From assembly GCA_001275005.1 (NCBI GenBank), contig JWZX01003296.1, positions 1 through 38,872 on the forward strand: a DNA stretch of 38,872 nucleotides. The letters are read 5' to 3'. The notes below the pieces were generated by a model. It was not told the DNA's origin. It saw only the letters and a program-made list of their open reading frames with translations, and ran no database searches. A program made the position numbers and the translations under genes. This document shows, in pieces, positions 10,227-21,934 of this stretch (position 1 is its first letter; each line of letters starts with the position of its first letter). Origin of the DNA: Chrysochromulina tobinii. Its lineage: Eukaryota.

Positions 10227-12883
10227 TCAGCCGAGATCCATCGCATCTTCACGATCTGGCCGCTCGAGAGTGAGACCTGGCCGTTCGAGATTGAGACCTG
10301 CAATCAGTGGATGCAGCATGTCGTAGACATCACCGGCAAGGTCGGGAGGGAGCTTCGCCAGCTCGTTGCGCGTAACGTTCTTCTGACGCCGCGCAAGAAA
10401 GGCGGCATATTGATCCCCCGGGAAGAACATGTCAGCGCCCTCCGGCTTCTCATTGCATGCGGCCACGTGAGCATGGTTCTCATCGTTTCTTGTCGAGGGA
10501 TGCAGGCACCACGCGCAGAAATGCGCCGAGCAGCTGCGGCACTGGAGCGCGCAGCAGCCCTGGAAGTCGATGAAGGCGGTGCTACACCGCGGACAGCGGG
10601 GGGTGAGCAGCTGGGCGATTGCCATGTAGTGCGAGCGCACCAAACGCTCACGCTCGCTCAGCGCACTGAGCCGCGCGAGCTCCGCCTGCAGCAGCTCCTG
10701 CATCCTCGCCTCCGACTCCCGTGCCAGTCGCTGTTCGGTGAGCTGCTGGCGGCTGACCATGTAGGCCACAAACGTGTGGGAAGGCAGGGCGCGCGCAAGC
10801 GACGCCTCACTGAACGCGGGCGCGCGGCACTCTCGCGGGTGGAGCGGGCAGCAGACATGGCCTTGTCGCATCACGTGCTGGCGTTGCATGCGCGCGCGCT
10901 CGGCCTCGTCATCGTCGCGGTTCCCGCTCGGCGGCAACTCGAGAGCCGCACGGCGCACGTGTGTGTGGAGGCAGTCGCGGCACGTCAAGTGTACTGGCTC
11001 ATCCGGCCGACCGGGCGAGCAACACACCCCATCGGAGAGCTGCCGAGGCTCGAGGCAGATGACGCACTCGCGCGTACCCTCGAAGCGCCCCGCCAGGAGC
11101 GGCGCAAAGTATGCGTGCTGCGCGGCATGGGCTGCCGAGGGACGTGCCGCCGGATCCTGACGCGTCAGCTGCTCGATCAACGCCGAGAGGGGCGCCGAGC
11201 GCCTTAGCGGCTCGTCAGGCACGACCGCCTCGATGGTGCGGCCGAGTGAGTAAAGATCGGCTGCGGCGCTCGCCTCGGCGCCCGCCTCGAGCTCGGGCGC
11301 CACGAAGCCATCGGTGCCCACGCGCGTCACACCCATGTGCGTCTGCCGCCGCGCCACGGCGCGCGTCGCGCCGTCGTGCGAGATGTCGTAGTCGGCAATA
11401 TGCGGCCGCCCCGCGGCATCGATGAGAATGTTCTCAGGCTTGAGGTCAAGGTGGAAGACACGGTGGGCGTGCAGGTGCGCGAGCGCCTCGAGCACCAGCT
11501 GCAGCACCGTCGCCAGCGCGGTGTGGTCGGGCTGTTGCTGCTGCGCCCATTGGCGCAGCGTGCCGCGCGCATAAAACGGCATTTGCAGGTACAGGTTGGA
11601 CTCAAAGGCGAAGATCGCCTCAATCTCGACGATTCCCGGGTGATGCAGCCGCCGAAGCACGAGCGCCTCCTTGTAGCAGCGCGCGAGTGAGCGCGCGTCC
11701 GTCCGATACTCTTTCAGGGCCACGCGCCGGTCATCGAGGAGTGCCTGGTACACGACGTGATTCGACTGGAACTCGGTGTGCAGAACGCACGTCGCCTTGT
11801 CAAAGATGCCGCCGTCGATCGATTGGTATTGGTGAAGGCTTCGGTGCTCGCGATAGATGGGCGCGAGCTCGAGCGGGACCGTCCGCGCCAGCCGCCGCTC
11901 CAGCTCCGGAAAGAGGTGCAGCTGCTCGTGCGCCTGTGCGTGGGCGTGGTGCAGCCGCGCCTCTATGGAGTTGACTGCGTCGCGGGCGGCCTGCAGCGCG
12001 GCCGCGGTGGCCACCGGATCGCCGGATGCATTGAGCGGACGCGTCGCGCGGCGCAACTTGGTCGTGGCATCCTCCAAACTGTCTTGCCCCTCGACGAGCT
12101 CTGCATGGAACTGCTGCAACTCGGCCATGAGCGTCTGCACACCACCTGTGCGCGACAACCGCGCCGCTTCGAGGTGCATCGACCGCTCCGCCGCTAACTT
12201 AGACGCCTCGCCCAGCACGCTGGTGTAGTGCACCTCGAGCTGCCGTAGCCTCTCCACCTCAGCGCGGCTCGCGGCGAGCAGCGCGTGCAACGGGAAGGCT
12301 TCCACTGGGCTGTAGCTCTTCCAAAACGCACTCTCAGCTGCGATCGCCGCGTGCAGAGCGCACAGCTCACCCACGATCGCAGCTGCGGGGGGTGTCGTCG
12401 AGGCCGCAAAGAGATCGACGGCAGACATTGCATGGCTGCAGCGCAAGGCAGCGGCCTCCGTCTGTTGCACCGTCGGAGGCGACATGTAGTTGTCAAGCAT
12501 CGCCACCGCCGATCCGATGAGCGCTGTGCTGAGCGCTGTGCTCTCGCCATCAGCCGAAGCGAGCTTGGCGGCGGCGTCGTGTGACAGAGGCGGTCGGCTG
12601 CCGAGCCGTGGATCGATGGAGGCAGCGACCTCGGTCGCGGATCGTGCGGCGCTCTCCATGGCATGCCTGCGCTGCTCCGTTGCCCTCACCATCTCCTCTA
12701 GCTCCCTGTCGCTGCCGGTGCCCACGAGGCTCAGTTTCCGGTCCTCGGCCACCTCGAGCGCCTTGATCAGCCGGTCACGGCTGCAGTCACGTGCGCTCTG
12801 CGCCGGCGCTAGCTCTGCATCCTCGGCCGAGGCGATCACCGCTTGCTTTGCTTGGTAGTCATCCCGCGACTCGTTCAATGCAA
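10227..12883 (-). CDS. Coiled-coil + Ser/Thr-type protein kinase + RING1/Rcat (RBR-like) E3 ligase module; probably the last exon of the sacsin-like gene
   Basis: Kinase motifs VALKEY, HLDLKPENIL, IADYD, GTDGFVAPE and DLYSLG. RING CVICLE...HLTCRDC...CCPLHPREC. Rcat-like CPRCSTAFIDFQGCCALQCRSCSAHFCAWC. There is no ATG at the 5' end of the ORF. Confidence 0.85.
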
Positions 12884-12948
12884 CTGGATCAACACGGCGC
12901 CCATCATCCAAGGCGACCGATGGCTCTCCCAATAGCCCTCGTCAGTGA

Positions 12949-15900
12949 CTAGCGAGCGCCACGGGCGAGAGGGCTGTGTTGGGCGCCACGGGCGAGAGCG
13001 TGCACTGTGTGGCCGCCTCGCGAAGCAGACGCACCACCTCGCCGAAGGCGCTGAGCGCGGCCTCGTTGGGCACGACGGCGGCGGCGTATCTCGGGGAGCC
13101 GCTCCATCACGCTGCAAAGCAGCAGCGTCGCCGAGTTGCTTCCAGTGCGCCCGACGGCCGTATGGACCGCTGTGATGGCCTCTCCCGATAGTGATTGGTT
13201 GAGGCGCCGCTTGAGCCGGCAAGCTAGGAAGCCCCGCGCGGCTGCCTGCAGCCGTGTCGCGCCGTTCGCCCGTCGGCTCAGGTAGCGGCGGGCAGCACTT
13301 TGCAGTTTCGTATGCTCAACGGTCAGGCCGTAGTCGTCGGGCGTAAAGTGACGGCGCACGCCAAGACTCTCCAGCAGCCTTGGAAAGAAGGCGTGGCAGG
13401 CTGGATGGAGGCAGTGGAGGCGAGGGTTGAGTGAGTACGACTGGAGAGCTGGCTGCGAGGTGGGCACGAATTCTGCCAATGTGCGGCTGTTGTAGGTGCC
13501 GCAGCGCGGGTTGTTGCAGGAATCTGCACTGAGCTGCGTGCTGCAGCACGCCATGCAGAGGTAGCGTGTGGGCCCGGCCTCCGCAGGCTCAGCCTCGCTC
13601 TGCTTACTGAGCGCCACTTCGGAGGGCAACCTCATTACCACACCGCCCAAACTGGTATGCTGCCCTCTCTCATCTTGAGCACTGACGGGCACGCATCGCA
13701 AGCTCGCTAGGTCTTCCTTCCATTGTGGCTCGATCTGGTCCCAATCATCCGAATCCGCGAGTGCGGCGTACAGTGCCACCACCTGCTCTATGGACGGCTG
13801 GAACTCCTCTTGGCCCGCATCATGGCCCGCATCGGCCGCCGCGGGCGGCGAGATGGCACGCAGCTGCATGAGCAGCACCTCAAGTGGAACTCGCTCGTTC
13901 CAGCCTAACATGTCCGCGAGCCTGGGCGGAGCGAGTGGGGCATCGGACTTGAGCACCTGACTAGAGGCCGACACCAGGAAACGTTTGGCGTAAGGCTGTA
14001 CGGCGGCGCACGGCGCAAAGGGAGTTCCATGCACGCCCGCCGGCCAGGGCACGCCCGGCTCGCCCTGCGCCATCACAGGCAGCTTCAGATCTCCCAGGAG
14101 CTCCACCACAAAGTCCTCACTGCTCATCGGTGCCACGTGTAGCCGTTGAGCGGGTACCCGCACGGGCTGTTCGCCAAAAAGGGTCGCGTGGTTGAGCACA
14201 AGGCAGGCCCAGACAGCCTCCGAAGCCTGGCCCGACTCTACTCGCCGCGCCGCCGCCAGGATGCCGCGCCGACTGTCCATGCCAAGCCGCTCGAGCTGCG
14301 CCGTCGGAACGGTGCTACGCAGCGTGGCATCTGGCGCAAAGAACACAGCGTCGAACCCCTCCTTGTTGACCTCAGGCGCCACGTTCGACACGGTATCTGG
14401 ATGAGTCAGCTCACTGAGTCGAAGCAGTCCTAAGGGAGAGTTGATGCAGGGCAGATTCTTCAACGCGTCGAAGGCGCGCTCGCCACCTTCGCTGACGAGG
14501 CTGTCCAAGTTGCTGAGCATATGCGCGACAAACTCGCCGGCCTCGGGTACGGTCTGCATGAGCGAAGACAACCGCGGGAAGATCTCTTCGATGTAAAAGT
14601 CAACCGTCTTCAGCTGCGGCACGCCCAGCAGGCCGAGCAGCCGCTCCTCATCGACATCCGCGCACTGCAGCCATCGCGCTCCAGCCGGGCCGGCCAGACC
14701 CTTAAGGCAGGCACCGACCGAGAGCCACCACGCTGGATGCGGCTCATCCACACGTCTCGCACCGAGCAACTTTGGCAGGAGTGACACTTGTCGATGCCAT
14801 CCCGATTCTGCCTGCACTGCCTCAGGTATAGTGAACACGGGTAAATCAAGGATGGCTGCTTTCAGATTGTTCACCACGAGGCGCGAAAACCCTCCGCTCG
14901 TATTCACCGAGCTGAGAATGGCAAGCAGCTGCGGATAACAGTGCAGTACCCAACGTCGCAAAGCCGCACCATTCTCTGGAGCGGAGACCCAGGCACGAAG
15001 CTCTGGGACACACTCACGCAAAAGGGTGCCGACCCACACGTCGAGCTGAAGATTCTTATCCTCACGGCTGTCAGCGTCCATTCGCTTCACAGCCATCAAG
15101 TTGGAGCACAATGCACCCTTCACCCTGACTGGGTCGGAATGGCCAGGCATGCCAGAGGTCGTCTCGTGTGCACGGGCGCTCGCAAGCTTAGTGACAAACT
15201 CGAGGAGCTTCCCTTCGCCTACACCGTTCATGGCGTGTGTGTCGACCACACGGTGCACCTGATAGAGGAATGCGTCCACCCAGCCTGTTGGCTCTGAAGC
15301 CTCTCTGGTGAGCCCAATATCAGTGAGAAACTCTGGGCTCAGCAGTGCAAGACGCGGAGCCTGGTTGCCTCGGAGATCCCGCTGGAGTTGGAGTGTGGCC
15401 CAATGCAGCTGCCACGGCGCCTGGGGCGCAGCAAGGATGGGCAGAAATGGCAGACCTGAAAGCTCGTGCATGTGAGGGTTTCCAGTGATTAGGAGCGGAG
15501 TGTCGAGAGTGATGTGCTCGTATAGACAGAAGAGCAGCAGCTTGACTCCCGAGATGCGGCTGAGGTGTTCCAGCCAGGCCATCTTGCCAGGCCACTGAGC
15601 TTCGGTTCTGCGAAAGAATCTGCGTGCTACCTGCGGATCGATCTGCTTGAGCGTCGACAAATCGAGCGCCTGCAGTGCGTCTTGGAGCAGTTTGAGTACC
15701 GGCGAAGGCAACACCACTTCCAGTACAGCCACGCCCGCGCGCGAGAGCTCGTCGTTTGCCGTCTGCCGAAGTGCCCTCCTGATGCCATCATTGGGCAGAC
15801 CTTGCTCTGCTCGCAGCATCACCTTTGGCTCGTCACGTGCGGGCGAAAGCCAGCGCTCGCGCCCAGGCAGGACCTTGAGATGTACAATGCGGCGATACAC

Positions 15901-18900
15901 TGCCTTCACCATGCTTTGAAACGACTCCGCGACCTCCGTTGGCCATAGCGTGAAGAAGTGTCCCGGCGGCACCATTTCCGCTACCTTGACCAGCACCGCA
16001 CTGTAACACAGCGAGACAACATCCGAGATCAGCAACTGGTTCCAGAGGGCCTTGACGGAGGCTTCACCCTGCAGCCCATCGCGCATCGTCCAGAGCTTCT
16101 CGCGCCCATCGATCACTTCGAATGAGCCGTTCACGTGCACCGGCAGGCCAGTCTTAATCGGCAGCGGGAGGGACGAGAAGGCACGGCCCTCGATAGGCTC
16201 TTGCTCAAGTTTAGCAGCCGCCCCCACCCACGGAATCAGCTTCAGACCAAGCCCCTCGTTGCTCAGGCACAAGGTACGCATCTCTTCCGTCATCGTCAGC
16301 GCATTGCAGACTAGCCATCGGCTCTCTGATATTGGCTGCTCGGGCGCAATTGGAGAGGTCACGCGCATCGTGAGCATACGACTCTCGATGATCGCTTCTG
16401 CCGTCACTAGATGTTGATACAGCTGCTCGTGCTGGGGCATACTCTGCACGCACTGCGCAACAGCACGCGCGCCGCTTGCCCACTCTTCCTGACGCTCGAC
16501 ACGGAATCGGAGCTTAGTATGGAAATTACTAATGTTGCTTCGGGTAGGCCGTCCTCCCGGGTCGCGTGCGTAGACTTCAATGCGGCGCACATTCTTCAAG
16601 AAGAGTAATATCTCGGGGCCACGCGCGCGCAGACGATCCAACAACTGATGCGCCTTGTCGTGCGAGTACGGGCCGCCTAGCTTCGATCTTTCGCTAGCGC
16701 GCCGAAGCGGCAGGCGTAACAATGTGCCGCGGTACCGAGAGCGCATATCCCAGTGAGTGTCGCCATCATCACCACCGCCAAAGAGGCAAAGTGGACTAAA
16801 CTGGTCAGCAAAGTCGGTAGGGCTTGAAGCTGCGTCGCCATCATAGTCGGCACCGACTGCCAGTTTTACCTCAGTGCCGCCGTCAGCAAAGGCGCGCCGG
16901 TGGGGATCAAAGAAGAGCCAGCGGTGGTTGCTGAGTAAGGCGGGAGTGTCGGTCAGGTGATACATGGAGTTGATTCCTGGGCGGAACAGACCGCTGGTGG
17001 CTCGCCCAGCCTGGCTATCGGACCGGATGTAGCGGATTGCAAAGCAGTCTTCATCATCCGGAAGGCCAACCCCGTTATTGTAGCAGTAGAGACCCGGTCC
17101 CTGCGACGACTCATCACCTTCGTATACGTGCTCCTGAAGCTGAGGCCACAACGACAGCGTGCCGTGCTGCACGCCCTCTTCTTCCAGCACCAGACGTACG
17201 ACGGTGGCGCCCGAATCGTCTGCGTGTTGCAGCAGCTCGTCCAGGACTGCATCACCATCAGGGTACTGGCCAAGTATTCCTTTGATCTCATTGAGGATGG
17301 AGTCCGACATGAACGCCTCGTCAGTACCCTGTCGATCTCCCTGAAGCAAGGCGCGAATCGTCTTCTCCGCCGGCTTCTCTTCAAACGGCACCGTGCGAGC
17401 CTCAGAGACTGCCCATTTAACATCGGCGGCATCAAAGGCTTGACGCACTCCGAGCATGTCCATGACTGTCTCACAGTGCTGCTGCAGCCACGGTGGCAGC
17501 TTGAAGAGGTGCGGCATGAGGTTAGCGCCGCCGCACCCGCTCTTTGCGACGCGCAATGGAGCGACGAAGCAGAAGCGATCTTCGAGCCACACACACGCAG
17601 TGACTCCCACCCTTTGAAGGTGCGCCGAATCTTGGTCAGAGGGCTGCTCAGGCTTCAAGCTGCACAGTACACGATCCAGAGTCTCGTAGAGCTTCCTCAT
17701 GTGCCCGCTGAACTCTGTGTGTTGCGCCCGATTCAGATCGTCCACGGAGACCAATGCCATGGCTTGAAGCTGTGCCAGTAAGACTGACAAAGGTGGCGGC
17801 TGGTTCCACCCGAAGAAACTTTTCACCTCGGCAGGCAGCGGCGAGAGATGGCAAAGCAGGCGTGTGGACGCGGAGACGAGTGGAGCATCACTCTCAGGTC
17901 GGACGTCGTACGCTCTGGCACGAGGCGACGAATGTCTCTCCTCAGGCAAGGGCAGGACCCCACGGTCGTCGACACGGACTGGAAGCCACTCGATACTACA
18001 CATCTCCGATCCGAATGCCTCAAGAGCCATCGTGGTGTCAGTCTCGCCACAGACGAGCAAAGTGTCATTGCAAATATGCTGCAGGAGAGCCGCTGAGAGA
18101 TCGCAATCTCCGTCCATTTGGCTGCTCTCGATAGCCAGGTCCACGACAAATCGACGCGTCACGCTGGTCCTCAGACCGAGTGTCTCGAGGGCCTGAAGCT
18201 CGGAAGGATCCTCGCACGTCAGCAGCCACCTGAGCTGGATGAAGCGCGCGTGACAGGTTGCCTTGCTCAGGGCTTCTCCCAGTGGAGTCATGAGGATGCA
18301 CTTATGAAAGAGCTCCGAGGGACGGTGCAGTGAGCCGTCTTCCGACGGCACAAAGGCCATCTCCATCAGTGCTGCTTCAATCTCGGCGCCCATCTCTCCC
18401 TCTTTGAGCTGTGTCAAGCTACGCAGGACCAGGTGCATCACGTGATCGCTGAGCTCTTGTGGCAGATCATCGATCCTAGGCAACACGTGCTGCATGTAGA
18501 ACGAGCTCAACTCAAGCTTGGGCACATTGAGATTATGCAGGAGTTGGTTGAGTTTCACGTCCGTGACACAGAGGCCAACCGCGGGGTTTGTGAAGTTGCG
18601 TAGAAAGATGACCCTCTCGTGGCCAAGCTTGCAAAGCTGATCGAGTAACTTGGCGTTGAAGCTGTCGACGCCGACATCGACGGGCGGTAGCATGTGCACT
18701 TCCAGATCGATGGATGTGAAGTCCTCAGCAAATCCTGCGACCTGGAATATAGGTAGCGAGCGTACAAGGCGCGATTTCGTGAGCACATCATACGAGGCGC
18801 CCACGTCCTCCTGGCCAGCAGTGCACGTTTGCTCATGCGCGATCACCACCTCGTATGTGCTCACGAAATCGCAATGGTCGCATTGGAAGATCTCTTCGCC

Positions 18901-21694
18901 GTCCTCTGCAGGACGAGCATCAGACAGGGCATTGCGAAAAACGTGGACGCCTGATGTCAGGAAGTCGCGCAGGGAGTGGCGTTCAGCAGGTGTAGCCTCG
19001 ACGAGCCGTTGCTCTGCGAGGAGCGCCGACGTCCTACCTGATGCTGCGCTGTCCCGATCTGCTGCTGCATCTAAAGGCGTGGAGCGCAGCGCCTCTTGCA
19101 GCGCTTGAAGTGCCGACTCGACGCTCAGCAGCGGTGTACAAGCAACCAAGTCAGGGTGCATCGAGAGGGCCTCCGACTGATGCGCCTGGAGCCGATGCGT
19201 GTACCACTCCTGCACTGCCGGGTGGAGATACACACAGCCGAGCCGCTCCAGGCATCGTTGGAGAAGATCACTCGAGCCGTCCGGCACCTGCAGCATCGTT
19301 GTGTGGCCGAATGCGTGGGCAGTCCCGTCGGTGGAAGGGATCATCGGCCAGGAGTTGAACACGTCGGGGACAACACTCGCTGCATGATGGCGTGAAATAA
19401 AGGCCCACACGCGTGCGAGCTCCGCCGCGGAGCGTCCGTCCTCCACGTCGTCGTCATCTGCCAGTCGCTGATGCGTCTGGTGCTCCCAGTGTGCCGGTAG
19501 CACTAAGCGCGGCAGCAACTCCAGAGGCAACTTTGGCAGCAAGCTAAGCTTGCCACTGAAAGCATCGACGTCGACGAGCTCGTGCAAGTGGGCCCAGAGC
19601 AGAGAGGTAGGATGGACAGACATCACGAGGGCTGGCGTCAGGCGCAACATCAAGTCCTCGGCCGAGCACAACACGACGCAGATTGCGCTGGATGCGAAGC
19701 AGGTTCGGTTGCCGTTCCTCAACGAGATGAGAGGCAGCTGGCTCACCTCGTCGTGGATGCGGCGCGCTTGCTCCTTCTCCTCTGCTGAGGACGCCGAGGC
19801 TGGGTCGAGTGCTTCACTGCAAAGATCTGAAAGACAGTACTGAAGCAGCTCTTGGCACTGCGCATCGTTGAGCTCGCCCTCCCAGCCGCTGTGCAGGGTC
19901 ACAAGATGGTTGCGCACCACAGCAGGGGTGGCTTTTGCGATCGAGTTGGGGTTGGCGCCGCTCCGTGAGCTTGTGTGCACACAGGCGCTACGCAGCAGCA
20001 TCTCCACTCCGGGCGGCGGCTCGACGATCGGAAGCTCGAGGAGCATTAGCGTCGAGCGCAACTCATGGTCCATTTCGGCCGTGGGGAAGAACGCGGCGGT
20101 GGGTGCGATCCACTGTCCGGCGCCTTTGCCGCTCTCGAACCGAAGACATTTGCGCTCGAGCAGCAGCACGTACCTGTGGAAACGGGCGGCATGAAGGCGT
20201 GAGGGCAGAGCCCCTCGGGGGCTGGCTGCGTGAGGGTTCGTGATGCACGATGCGTTACAGCTCATCGACTAGCTGAGCCCAAGGCTCCGCTGGTCGAGCA
20301 TGCGGCCAGATCTCGTAATACTCCGACCAAGTGTTCGTGAGCTCTTGCGCCGCCTCGATCAAGGCCACGTAGCACGGTGCCACCACCGACGCTAACAGAG
20401 CCGCGTTCCAGTTGGCTTTGAGCAAGGCCAATCCGACGCCCGACGTGTCGGTCCAGACGTCGCGCCGGCTGGTGCTCAGTTCGAAGAAGCCATTGATGTG
20501 CACTGGCAGGCCTGTGTGCGGCGGCAGCGGAAGCGTGCAAGAGGGCCGGCCTCGTACTGCGAGCTCAATGCGCGACCGTTTGAAGCTCGGGCCAGCCCCC
20601 TCGAGCTGACGGGTAGGCTGCTGCAGTCGTGCGGCCACGCCACCCCATGGCAGCGGCCTGAGCCCACGGCTGAGCACGTCTTGATCCACGCTCATCTCCA
20701 GTGCTTTGCCGCCACCAAAGGCTTGCGCGACCAACCAGGTGTACGCCTCGCCTTCGGCGCTGCCGGCCTGGGACAGTCTCACGCTCAAATGATCCAAAAA
20801 GTGGTGCACGCCCAGCCGTGTGAGGTCCTGCGTGGCTCGTCTGTCCAGTAGCTCTCGTAAGTGGGCTCTCGGCATTGAATCGGCGGTTCCACAGGCGCAC
20901 GTCTTCTGCTTGGCGAGCAGCCGAGGCGCCGCCTCGCCGACCCGCCATTCATAGACTTCGACTGTGTGCACGCACTGCAGGAACAGGACGAGATCCGGCA
21001 GCGACTCCACGAACTTCTTGAGCAGATCGTCGGCGTCGCTCAGCGAGTACGGCCGCGGTGAGATGCCTTCACCAGCCGAGCCGCGAACGTGGGCCCTGGT
21101 GCGCAGCGGCAGCCGAAAGATGGTCCCGTTGAATTCTTTGGCCGGGTCGCAGCCAAAGATCCGCCATGGCGCGAATTGATCAGGCGCACTGTCGACGTGT
21201 CGCTGGTGGAGGTTGAAGCCAATGCCGGTGTCGCCGTTGGCGAGGTGCTTCTGGCTGGGGTCAAGGAACAAAAGACGCTTGCCAGTCAGAAGACCCGGGC
21301 AGTCGGTCACATGATAGCAGCTATTGAACCCCAGCCCAAACTTGCCAGTCTTGGTACGGCCGTCCGCATCATTTTTGAGCGAGTTGCCCACGCTCTGAAT
21401 GCTAGCGAGGTCCTTCTCGGTGAACCTTTCGTCGTTGTACGTGCAGATGGCTGGGCCCTGGAATGAAGCGAGGCGACCCTCGAGAAGTAGCTTGCGGTCC
21501 GGATGTTTTCGACGGTCGAGCATGACCTTGAAAGTGCTTGCGCCCGCATCGTCTGCATTTTGCACCATCTCTTTGAGTAGCCCATCCTCAGGGTAGTTGG
21601 CGAGACATTCGCGGAGGCGTGCGCAGAGGTCGACGCGCTGGCCAAACTGGAACATGTCCTCAAGAGGAGACTCGCGCCGAGCCCGCTGAGACAT
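12949..21694 (-). CDS. Sacsin-like protein with two HSP90-like (GHKL) sacsin repeats, zinc-binding inserts and IQ motifs (exon 1 21694..20259, intron 20258..20174, exon 2 from 20173)
   Basis: FGQRVDLCARLRECLANYP, KEMVQNADDAGAS, YNDERFTEKD, TGKFGLGFNSCYHVTDCP, GTIFRLPLR and LPPHTGLPVHINGFFEL are sacsin repeat motifs. A second repeat lies at about 17300-15900. The 85-nt GTAACG...CACAG intron joins the two ORFs in frame (DEL/YVLL). Confidence 0.88.
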
Positions 21695-21934
21695 GGTTCG
21701 CCGCGCTCGTGCCCTTGGCGCGGCGAGCCGGAGGGACGGCGAGGGACGCCGGGACGGCGCGTTTACGCGCGGGCGGGCGGGCGGCTCTTCTGATGTCGTG
21801 CAGAATGTTCCGCAAAAAGCAACAAGTTTTCTTGCTTGCTTGTGTCCAGCTGTTGTCTTTCATAGGCGCCGTGCCGGTGTGAAACCCGGTTTCGGCCGCG
21901 CTCTCGGTTCAAGCTGCCGAAGCCGCAGTCAAAC
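21695..21934. promoter_or_regulatory. Probable bidirectional promoter between the divergent sacsin-like and TBC genes
   Basis: 240-bp gap between head-to-head start codons. No specific elements identified. Confidence 0.45.
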
